Assembly (NCBI GenBank): GCA_026414225.1
Contig: JAOAJK010000013.1
Location: 16,536 to 40,535 of the forward strand
From: Thermoplasmata archaeon
GTDB lineage: Archaea; Thermoplasmatota; Thermoplasmata; Lutacidiplasmatales; SKW197
Length of the DNA stretch: 24,000 nt
Direction of reading: 5' to 3'
The position numbers and the translations under genes were made by a program. Positions 9,290 to 15,903 of this stretch are shown here, piece after piece; within the stretch, counting starts at the first letter, position 1; the number at the start of each line of letters is the position of its first letter. Under the pieces are notes generated by a model. It saw nothing but the letters and a program-made list of their open reading frames with translations. It did no database searches and was not told where the DNA came from.

Positions 9290-9691
9290 CTATATCGCCT
9301 CAATCTTAAACACGCATTTATCTTTCCCTGTGCTTTCACATTCGACCTCGACACAATGGACCTTTGTGTTGTAATATACTTCATAGACCTGTCTTATCAG
9401 TCCCCTGAGTCTATGACATGTAGGTATCTCCGAAGGTGTGATTTCTATAGATCCCTTCACAACGACCTCGTGCTCCTTGAAAGAAATCTCATCCGCCCAG
9501 CCCCTGTTCTTTATCAGCATCTCCACAATCTTGAAGTAGTTTCCCTTGTCCTTCATTGCTTCATTTGCAATTTCTGCGCCGAATATTGAACCCTCTCTGA
9601 AGAATAGCCCATGACAGGCATGGGACATCACGCCTTCGTAAAGTTCCTTGATTTTCACCAGTTCCGCCTGTGATATCCTGACGAACTTCAT
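9290..9691 (-). CDS. V4R (4-vinyl reductase-like) small-molecule-binding domain protein
   Basis: The track ORF starts at a TTG (9709). I prefer ATG 9691 (MKFVRISQAELVKIKELYEG...) because a TATA-like box lies about 25 nt upstream. The C-terminal VHCVEVECESTGKDKCVFKI matches the conserved V4R Cys-containing C-terminus. Confidence 0.7.
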   Translation of the reverse strand: MKFVRISQAELVKIKELYEGVMSHACHGLFFREGSIFGAEIANEAMKDKGNYFKIVEMLIKNRGWADEISFKEHEVVVKGSIEITPSEIPTCHRLRGLIRQVYEVYYNTKVHCVEVECESTGKDKCVFKIEAI

Positions 9692-9710
9692 GCTACCATG
9701 AAATCGCAAA

Positions 9711-9722
9711 TCAAATATAAAG
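9711..9722 (-). promoter_or_regulatory. TATA-like box (minus-strand CTTTATATTTGA) about 25 nt upstream of ATG 9691; suggests a leaderless V4R-Roadblock transcript
   Basis: Inferred from sequence and spacing only. Confidence 0.4.
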
Positions 9723-9833
9723 TTTTGCTTTCATTTTGAAGGCTTCTCTCCTAAATGCCGCAATCCCGAATAAGGGGTAGGCAGAGGTTTCCTGATGGAA
9801 AGGTTAGATGCTGCTAGCCCTGTGAACCAATAA

Positions 9834-9845
9834 GAAATAAATATT
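9834..9845 (+). promoter_or_regulatory. TATA-like box (GAAATAAATATT) about 25 nt upstream of ATPase ATG 9865; suggests a leaderless transcript
   Basis: Inferred from sequence and spacing only. No SD-like motif lies between the box and the ATG. Confidence 0.4.
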
Positions 9846-9864
9846 GCAAGAGTATTTCCTCACC

Positions 9865-12579
9865 ATGGCTACAAAAAATCTATGGTATGCCATGGAAACG
9901 AAAGAAACACTGGCACTTTTAAAGACCTCTGCTGAAAAGGGGCTTACATCTGAAGAAGCGCGGCGGAGATTGTCAAAAGGAAAAAATGTGCTTGCCGAGA
10001 AAAAAAAGGAACATCCAGTGATTAAATTTTTAAATCAGTTCAAGAGCATTCCAATTATTATGCTTATTGTTGCTGCGATAATAACTGTTATTTTAACAAT
10101 TTTTACTGAAGAAAATCATCTATCTGATACGGTCGCGATTCTGATAGCGATAACAATCAATGCGGTGATGGGCTACATGATGGAGGCAAGGGCGGAGAAG
10201 GCCATGGAAGCCCTGAAGAGAATGACTGCACCCAAAACAAAAGTGGTAAGAGATGGAACCTGCCAGGAAATTCTCGTGGAAGATGTGGTCCCAGGCGATA
10301 TCGTGCTCCTGGAGGAGGGGGACAAGGTTCCTGCAGACATTCGCCTTATAGAAACCACAAATCTGGAAGTGGATGAATCTATGCTCACAGGGGAGAGTGT
10401 TACGGTGCAGAAGGATGCCCATGCATGTCCAGAAGACGCTGAAAAGTGGGAGAGAACGAATCTGGTATACATGGGCACAATTGTGGCAAGAGGACGGGCG
10501 AAAGGAGTCGTTTTCCACACGGGGATGGAGACAGAACTTGGAAAAATTGCAAAACTTGTGCAGGAAAGTGAAGGCGAGGAAACTCCCCTCCAGAAAAGCA
10601 TCGATACACTCGGCAAACAAATTGGCTACATTGCAATAGCGATTTCTACCTTGCTCTTTTTCACAGCCACCGCAATTTCCCAAACCCATCTTTCCCAGAA
10701 CTTTCTGCTTGCAATTAGCTTGGCAGTCGCAATAATCCCAGAGGGGCTTCCAATCGTGCTCGTGGTTACCCTCGCAATCGGAATGCAGGTGATGGCAAAG
10801 CGGAACGCAATCGTTCGCCGCCTAATGTGCGTGGAAACCCTAGGATGCACCTCTGTCATCTGCACTGATAAAACTGGCACGCTTACGAAAAACCAGATGA
10901 CTGTAAAAGAAGTGTTTGTGGACGGTGAAATTCTTTCGGTAAGTGGCACTGGCTATGAACCAAAAGGTGAGATTGAAAACGCCGGTGAGCATAAGGGAAG
11001 CATTGACCTTCTAACAAGGATTGGAATTCTCTGCAACAATGCAAATCTACTTGAGGAAAATAACGCCTGGAAGGTCATTGGAGATCCGACCGAGGGGGCG
11101 CTCCTTGCGCTCGCCGGAAAGGTGGGTGCTGTTCCGAAGCAGTTCCACACCAAATACAGGCGAATTTACGAGAAGGTGTTTGATCCTAAGAAAAAGATAA
11201 TGAGCACGATAAATGAGGTGGATGGAAAGAAGGTGATCCACATCAAAGGTGCACCTGAGGTTATTCTCTCGCTTTCTGGGAATTTCTGGCACAACGGAAA
11301 AGTTTTGCCGCTATCCCACCAACACCGCACGGCAATTGAGATTGCAAACAAGAGAATGGCATCGATGGGATACAGGGTGCTGGCTCTCGGATACAAAGAG
11401 ATAGAACAAATCCCAGAGAATGTGGAGGACATGGAGAAAAACATGACCTTTGTTGGCCTTGTGGGTATAATAGACCCGCCAAGACCAGAAGTAAAGAATG
11501 CAATCAAAACCTGTCATGAAGCAGGCATAAAGGTTGTAATGATCACCGGCGACCAGAAGGACACAGCAATAGCAATTGCAAAGCAGCTCGGAATCTGGAG
11601 CGGGAAGATTCTTACAGGTAGCGAACTTGAAAAGATGAGTGATGATGAACTGGCTAAAATCGTGGAAGAAGTGAGCGTTTATGCTAGGGTCCATCCCGAG
11701 ATGAAGTTAAAGATTGTGCGGGCTTTCAAGAAGAGGGGGCATGTGGTCGCAATGACTGGCGATGGCGTGAATGATGCACCTGCCCTTGCAAATGCGGATA
11801 TTGGAATTTCCATGGGAATTACCGGCACAGATGTGGCTAAGGATGCCAGTGGAATCGTGCTTGCGGACGACAATTTTGCAACTATTGTAAAAGCGGTTGA
11901 AGAGGGAAGAAAGATATATGAGAACATACGGAAATTTGTGAGATACCAGATAACCACGAATATCGGGGCGACCACACTGGTATTTCTTGCAATATTCACC
12001 GTACCTGGTGTGATCCCTCTCTACCCCGTACAAATTCTCTGGGTGAACATACTAATCGACGGTCCGCCTGCCCAGGCACTCGGACTTGAGCCCGCTACAA
12101 GGAAGATAATGAAGAACAAGCCCAGAAATCCGAAGGAACACATCCTCTCGAGGGAAATGGTATCCGCAATTCTTGTGAATGGACTGGCAATGGCGTTTCT
12201 CACACTCCTCGTGTTCTGGTATTCCTACAATTTTGCACCTGGTGAGTTTATGGATGCTCCTGCTGAAAGAGAGGCGTATGCCCAGACAATGACATTCACT
12301 ACATTTGTGGTATTCCAAGTGTACAGCGTCCTCAACTGCAGAAACCTGCGGGAGTCCCTGTTCAGTTTAAAGATGAATAACCGTTTGCTTTTAATTACAA
12401 TAGTTCTGGCGCTGCTTCTCCAGCTTTTTGCAGTTTACATGCCATTCATGAATTCAACCTTCAGAACAATTCCAATCAGAGCTGTTGACTGGCTTACGAT
12501 ATTCCTGCTGGGCATCATCCTGATTTGTGTGGATGAGATACGGAAGCTTGTGATGCGCCACCGCAGGGGTGATGTATGA
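9865..12579 (+). CDS. P-type ATPase, type IIA (SERCA/PacL-like) cation (probably Ca2+) transporter
   Basis: Signature motifs TGES, ICTDKTGTLT (phospho-Asp), PEGLP in TM4, MITGD and TGDGVNDAPAL. About 10 TM helices. The track start is a TTG at 9844. ATG 9865 (MATKNLWYAMETKETLALLKTSAEKGLTSEEARRRL) gives the canonical N-terminus. Confidence 0.9.
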   Translation: MATKNLWYAMETKETLALLKTSAEKGLTSEEARRRLSKGKNVLAEKKKEHPVIKFLNQFKSIPIIMLIVAAIITVILTIFTEENHLSDTVAILIAITINAVMGYMMEARAEKAMEALKRMTAPKTKVVRDGTCQEILVEDVVPGDIVLLEEGDKVPADIRLIETTNLEVDESMLTGESVTVQKDAHACPEDAEKWERTNLVYMGTIVARGRAKGVVFHTGMETELGKIAKLVQESEGEETPLQKSIDTLGKQIGYIAIAISTLLFFTATAISQTHLSQNFLLAISLAVAIIPEGLPIVLVVTLAIGMQVMAKRNAIVRRLMCVETLGCTSVICTDKTGTLTKNQMTVKEVFVDGEILSVSGTGYEPKGEIENAGEHKGSIDLLTRIGILCNNANLLEENNAWKVIGDPTEGALLALAGKVGAVPKQFHTKYRRIYEKVFDPKKKIMSTINEVDGKKVIHIKGAPEVILSLSGNFWHNGKVLPLSHQHRTAIEIANKRMASMGYRVLALGYKEIEQIPENVEDMEKNMTFVGLVGIIDPPRPEVKNAIKTCHEAGIKVVMITGDQKDTAIAIAKQLGIWSGKILTGSELEKMSDDELAKIVEEVSVYARVHPEMKLKIVRAFKKRGHVVAMTGDGVNDAPALANADIGISMGITGTDVAKDASGIVLADDNFATIVKAVEEGRKIYENIRKFVRYQITTNIGATTLVFLAIFTVPGVIPLYPVQILWVNILIDGPPAQALGLEPATRKIMKNKPRNPKEHILSREMVSAILVNGLAMAFLTLLVFWYSYNFAPGEFMDAPAEREAYAQTMTFTTFVVFQVYSVLNCRNLRESLFSLKMNNRLLLITIVLALLLQLFAVYMPFMNSTFRTIPIRAVDWLTIFLLGIILICVDEIRKLVMRHRRGDV

Positions 12580-12941
12580 GCGTTGGGAGCATGGGGGTGG
12601 ACATTTACTTCGTTTTGATAACTCTAATCCTTTTTTTTGGCTTTTTTGTCAGCCCTTTCTTCTCCGCATTTGCAGGTGCTGGCCAGGGAAGAAACACTGA
12701 ATCGCCAGGAATCATGGGGGTCTTCATGAGAAACGTAAGGCGGAGAAAGGAGGCCCTGTTTGTATGGGGAATCCTGGCCCTCGCAGATGCAGTTCTGGCA
12801 ACAGTTTTTCTCCAGATGCTGCCGGCAATCCCCTTACCTCTCGCTTTCCTCTGTGTCGGCGCGATAATCTTCATTTATGTGGTTGAAATTCACGGGATCA
12901 ACAAAATGTTTGGAAGGGGAGATGTAGAAAATGGAAATTAA
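12576..12941 (+). CDS. Small membrane protein (about 3 TM helices), unknown function
   Basis: 121 aa. Its ATG overlaps the ATPase stop (ATGA at 12576-12579). Its 3' end overlaps the next gene's start by 11 nt. Hydrophobic segments: IYFVLITLILFFGFFVSPFFSAFAG, LFVWGILALADAVLATVFL, LPLAFLCVGAIIFIYVV. No recognisable family. Confidence 0.45.
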   Translation: MSVGSMGVDIYFVLITLILFFGFFVSPFFSAFAGAGQGRNTESPGIMGVFMRNVRRRKEALFVWGILALADAVLATVFLQMLPAIPLPLAFLCVGAIIFIYVVEIHGINKMFGRGDVENGN

Positions 12942-14202
12942 TGCAGACCTCCACATTCACAGCCGTTACTCGGGTGGGACGAGCGATGTCATGAATATGC
13001 GCAATCTATCCAAGGGTGCAAGCCAGAAAGGAATAAACTTGATTGGTTCCGGAGATTGCCTTCATCCCAGATGGCTTGAGGAAATAAAGGCACTGGAAAA
13101 GGTGGATGAGGGAACTTTCGAAATTGGGGGTCTGAGAGTGATTTTAACCTGTGAGGTAGAGGACTGCGACAGGGTACACCACCTGCTTATGTTCCCTTCA
13201 ATTTCAAAGGTAGAGGAATTTTCAGAAAAGATTCTCTCGAAGGTATCAGACCTCACAACCGATGGCCGGCCCAGGTTTCATGGAAATGGGGCGGATCTCG
13301 CAGCGATCGCAAGGGACTGTGGGGTCCTTATCGGCCCCTGCCATGCGTTCACTCCCTGGACATCCGTATATGCTGCGTTTGATTCGCTGAAAGAGTGCTA
13401 TGGGGAACTTGTGGGATATGTGGGTTACATAGAACTCGGGCTGAGCGCGGACACCTCTTATGCGGACAGAATTGCAGAACTCCATGACCTTACCTTCCTT
13501 ACAAATTCCGATGCCCATTCTCCCTGGCCTGTACGGCTTGCCAGGGAATTCATGCGGATGGAAGTTGAGGAGGCAATTTTCGAAGAAGTGGCTATGGCTA
13601 TACTTCGAAGGAAAGGGAGACAGGTAGTGCTGAATGTGGGTGTGCCACCAGAAGAGGGAAAGTACAATGAGAGTGCATGCATAAAATGCTACGCCCATTA
13701 CACCCTGAATGATGCGGTGAGAAATGGCTGGAGGTGCAGGTGCGGGGGCAGAATAAAGAAAGGGGTCCGGGATAGAGTTGAGGAACTGGCAGACTATCCG
13801 GAGCCGAAAACACCTTCCCACAGACCAAGATACATCCACATCATCCCTCTCACGGAAATAATTGCGAAAGCATTGGGCAGCTCTCCAAATAGCAAAAAGG
13901 TTCTTGAAATCTGGGATGGTCTCATCAACAAATTCGGTAATGAGGTGAGAATTTTAATCGATACCGAGATTGAGGAAATCAGCAAGGTAGCACCTCCAGA
14001 GGTCATTAGGGCAATCGCCGCCTTCAGGGCCGGGAAGGTTTTAGTGAAGCCAGGCGGTGGCGGGCAGTATGGAGAAATTGTGATTCCTGACGGCGGTTTA
14101 GAAACGTCCAACATTTCCAGGAATGCCAGTACACCATCAATGAAAAAAGGGGAAAGCGGAAGGGTGAATAGGCACCAGCCAACCCTGGATAGCTTTAGTT
14201 AA
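12931..14202 (+). CDS. endoQ: Endonuclease Q-like PHP-domain nuclease (cleaves 5' of deaminated bases in Thermococcales homologues)
   Basis: 423 aa. N-terminal PHP metal motif ADLHIHSRYSGGTS followed by GSGDCLHP. Internal four-Cys zinc module CIKCYAHY...WRCRCGGRIKKGVRDRV. Length and layout match my recollection of Pyrococcus EndoQ. Confidence 0.7.
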   Translation: MEINADLHIHSRYSGGTSDVMNMRNLSKGASQKGINLIGSGDCLHPRWLEEIKALEKVDEGTFEIGGLRVILTCEVEDCDRVHHLLMFPSISKVEEFSEKILSKVSDLTTDGRPRFHGNGADLAAIARDCGVLIGPCHAFTPWTSVYAAFDSLKECYGELVGYVGYIELGLSADTSYADRIAELHDLTFLTNSDAHSPWPVRLAREFMRMEVEEAIFEEVAMAILRRKGRQVVLNVGVPPEEGKYNESACIKCYAHYTLNDAVRNGWRCRCGGRIKKGVRDRVEELADYPEPKTPSHRPRYIHIIPLTEIIAKALGSSPNSKKVLEIWDGLINKFGNEVRILIDTEIEEISKVAPPEVIRAIAAFRAGKVLVKPGGGGQYGEIVIPDGGLETSNISRNASTPSMKKGESGRVNRHQPTLDSFS

Positions 14203-14228
14203 AATGTTGGTCCAACGCTTAGCGTTAG

Positions 14229-14254
14229 TTATATATTTGAGTTTTGTTATATTG
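14229..14254 (+). promoter_or_regulatory. Promoter region of the Ubl operon: two TATA-like boxes (TTATATATTT 14229-14238; TTATATT 14248-14254)
   Basis: The first box would give a leader of about 15 nt containing AGAAGGTG (14258-14265, SD-like). The second is about 24 nt from ATG 14275, which would be the leaderless option. Both lie in the 72-nt gap after the EndoQ stop. Confidence 0.45.
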
Positions 14255-14274
14255 GTTAGAAGGTGCACCTCTAA

Positions 14275-15345
14275 ATGTCACCCGAAACTTCAGAAACCAC
14301 GAAATGTCCTTATTGCGGCAAAAACATTCCAAAGGACTCTACAATCTGCTCCTCATGTGGGAAGGAACTGTTTGAGGAGGTGTTCCTCTGTCCTAAATGC
14401 AATGAAGAAGTCGGGGAACTGGATGAAGTGTGTCCTCACTGTGGTGCTAGATTTGCCTCCTCAAAACCCACAAGTTTTCTGGAGACGGGTGGAAGTTACA
14501 TTGCAGAGGATGAAAACCTTGCCTACAGATTGTTCAAGGACCTGCTGGATGCTGGTTTTGCAGGACTGTGTCTGACTAAAAGCAATCCTAGAAAAATCAG
14601 AAAGAGGTACAATGTCAACATCGATGAGATATACTGGCTCACCTCCACCCTGACAAAGGAGAAAACCCTTGACCCCCAGCGGCTGGAGTTTGAAATGACC
14701 TACATCATTGGAGAATTCGTTAAAAATAACTCAAAGCCGGCAATCATTCTGGATGCAATCGGGCTTCTCATAACTGCAAACGGTTTTGAGAAGGTAATTG
14801 ATTTCGTGAAGGGCGTAGTTGACATGGTGTCAGTCAATAACGGTGTGTTCATTGTCCATGTTTCCCCGATTGTTCTAAGCAAGAAGGAAATTGAAACGCT
14901 TAAGCAGTATCTTGAGGTCATAGATTATAAAAAAGCTGGAATAAGCGAACCGGAGAGCATGGAGGAAGAGGAGGGCGAAGAACTTGCAGAACCAGAGGAA
15001 ACCAGAAAGGAGAGTTTTGAACTCATCATGCAGAAATTCAGGTTACTTTCAAGTGAGGCAGAAAAGGAAGAAACTACAAAAAAGAAAAAGGTGGTGGAAG
15101 AAATGTCGATAAGAGTGAAAGTGCGCGATGCTGAGACAGGTGCTTCGCTGGACATGGAACTCGAGCCAGACAATACAATAGACGAGATCATAGAAAGTGT
15201 GGGTACCTACTGGGAGAAGAACATAGGCGTGTATGTGCTCCGTAAGGGAAAGCGCATACTGCGAGGCGAAACCAAAGTGGAGGAAGCAGATATAAGAGAT
15301 GGGGACTTAATGGAGCTCATCCCTGACCCAGAAGGCGGAATTTGA
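14275..15345 (+). CDS. Fusion protein: double zinc ribbon + DUF835-like domain + acidic linker + C-terminal ubiquitin-like beta-grasp domain ending ...PDPEGG-I
   Basis: 356 aa. Residues 11-56: CPYCGKNIPKDSTICSSCGK...CPKCNEEVGELDEVCPHCG (four CxxC pairs). Residues about 73-216: DUF835 pattern (GFAGLCLTKSNPRKIRKRY, IYWLTS, LDPQRLE, AIILDAIGLLITANGFEKVIDFV, VFIVHVSPIVLSKKEIETLK). Residues 221-276: an E/K-rich linker. Residues 277-356, MSIRVKVRDAETGASLDMELEPDNTIDEIIESVGTYWEKNIGVYVLRKGKRILRGETKVEEADIRDGDLMELIPDPEGGI, align by eye with ubiquitin secondary-structure spacing and end in a diglycine. Confidence 0.8.
   Translation: MSPETSETTKCPYCGKNIPKDSTICSSCGKELFEEVFLCPKCNEEVGELDEVCPHCGARFASSKPTSFLETGGSYIAEDENLAYRLFKDLLDAGFAGLCLTKSNPRKIRKRYNVNIDEIYWLTSTLTKEKTLDPQRLEFEMTYIIGEFVKNNSKPAIILDAIGLLITANGFEKVIDFVKGVVDMVSVNNGVFIVHVSPIVLSKKEIETLKQYLEVIDYKKAGISEPESMEEEEGEELAEPEETRKESFELIMQKFRLLSSEAEKEETTKKKKVVEEMSIRVKVRDAETGASLDMELEPDNTIDEIIESVGTYWEKNIGVYVLRKGKRILRGETKVEEADIRDGDLMELIPDPEGGI
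15103..15342 (+). other. Ubiquitin-like beta-grasp domain (80 aa) with C-terminal GG followed by one Ile
   Basis: See the parent CDS. GG codons are at 15334-15339, Ile at 15340-15342 and the stop at 15343-15345. An in-frame ATG at 15103 is preceded by GGTGGTGGA (15090-15098). Confidence 0.7.
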
Positions 15346-15352
15346 GAGGGGG
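15346..15352 (+). promoter_or_regulatory. Shine-Dalgarno-like GAGGGGG, 8 nt upstream of the E2 GTG start
   Basis: Seen directly in the sequence. It lies in the 15-nt Ubl-E2 intergenic gap. Confidence 0.5.
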
Positions 15353-15360
15353 AATCAGAT

Positions 15361-15903
15361 GTGCCGCTTCCTATCGAAGTATTGAGGCAAAGGTTGTATA
15401 ATGAAATCCTTACATGCAAAAAAGAACTGAGGCACATACTTTCGGTCTCGGATAGCAGTCTGTCCAACTTTCCGATAGAAATAGACCTCACATTTGTAAA
15501 AACGCCTGGACCGTTTCTCTGGGAAGGAAAGGTGACCACCAGGTACACGCACAAGGTAAAAATAATCATCACTGCCCAGTATCCCTATCAGAAGCCAATA
15601 GTAAGATGGCTCAGCCCGATATTCCATCCCAATATAATGCCACCGCATGAAGGTGGTTATGTCTGCACCAAGCTTTTTGATACCTGGACACCCCAGTCGA
15701 CACTCCTGATGTTTATCAAGGGACTTGAGGCCCTGCTTTCAAATCCAAACCCTGGAAACCCTCTCGGGAGCGAGGCATGCCAGAAAGCTGCGGAGTATTT
15801 TGAAAAGCATCCGTACAAACCACCAGTTATAGTAGAAAAGACAAAGACAGAGCATGCTCCGAAGATTGTTGGAGGAGCAGAAGATGGCGAGGGAAAAACC
15901 TAA
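15361..15903 (+). CDS. Ubiquitin-conjugating enzyme (E2, UBC fold) homologue
   Basis: 180 aa with a GTG start. The UBC core layout is canonical. N-terminal helix VLRQRLYNEILTCKKEL. YPYQKPIVRWLSPIFHPNI contains the HPN motif (15625-15633). The candidate catalytic Cys102 in GGYVCTKLF (15664-15666) lies 10 residues after HPN. This is followed by WTPQSTLLMFIKGLEALLSNPNPGNPL (compare eukaryotic W.P......L.S...LL..PNP..PL). An extra tail of about 30 aa ends ...APKIVGGAEDGEGKT. Confidence 0.85.
   Translation: MPLPIEVLRQRLYNEILTCKKELRHILSVSDSSLSNFPIEIDLTFVKTPGPFLWEGKVTTRYTHKVKIIITAQYPYQKPIVRWLSPIFHPNIMPPHEGGYVCTKLFDTWTPQSTLLMFIKGLEALLSNPNPGNPLGSEACQKAAEYFEKHPYKPPVIVEKTKTEHAPKIVGGAEDGEGKT

Noticed and set aside
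9722-9830. Possible small RNA (C/D-box sRNA) in the 110-bp stretch between the divergent promoters
   Set aside because: Only a partial C-box-like CTGATGG (about 9791-9797) is present. There is no matching D box (CTGA) at the right distance, no terminal stem and no C'/D' pair.
14305-14454. RING-finger E3 domain in the N-terminus of the Ubl fusion
   Set aside because: The spacing between the second and third Cys pairs (9 residues) does not fit the RING cross-brace (C3/H4-x2-3-C5). There is also no His ligand. It is called as a double zinc ribbon, and kept only as a low-interest hypothesis.
14204-14575. 123-aa plus-strand ORF starting right after the EndoQ stop
   Set aside because: It lies out of frame within the Ubl-fusion gene, whose frame encodes recognisable zinc ribbons and a DUF835-like domain. 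It would begin upstream of the TATA-like boxes. Its translation is Arg/Cys/Leu-rich with no motif.
15854-15883. Longer N-termini suggested by the ORF track: JAMM at 15854, E1 at TTG 18471, ATPase at TTG 9844, STAND at TTG 21193, V4R at TTG 9709, membrane protein at 3077
   Set aside because: In each case a downstream ATG has a much better context (GGAGG-type SD, or a TATA box about 25 nt upstream) and gives a family-typical N-terminus. The longer versions remain possible and are noted in the features.
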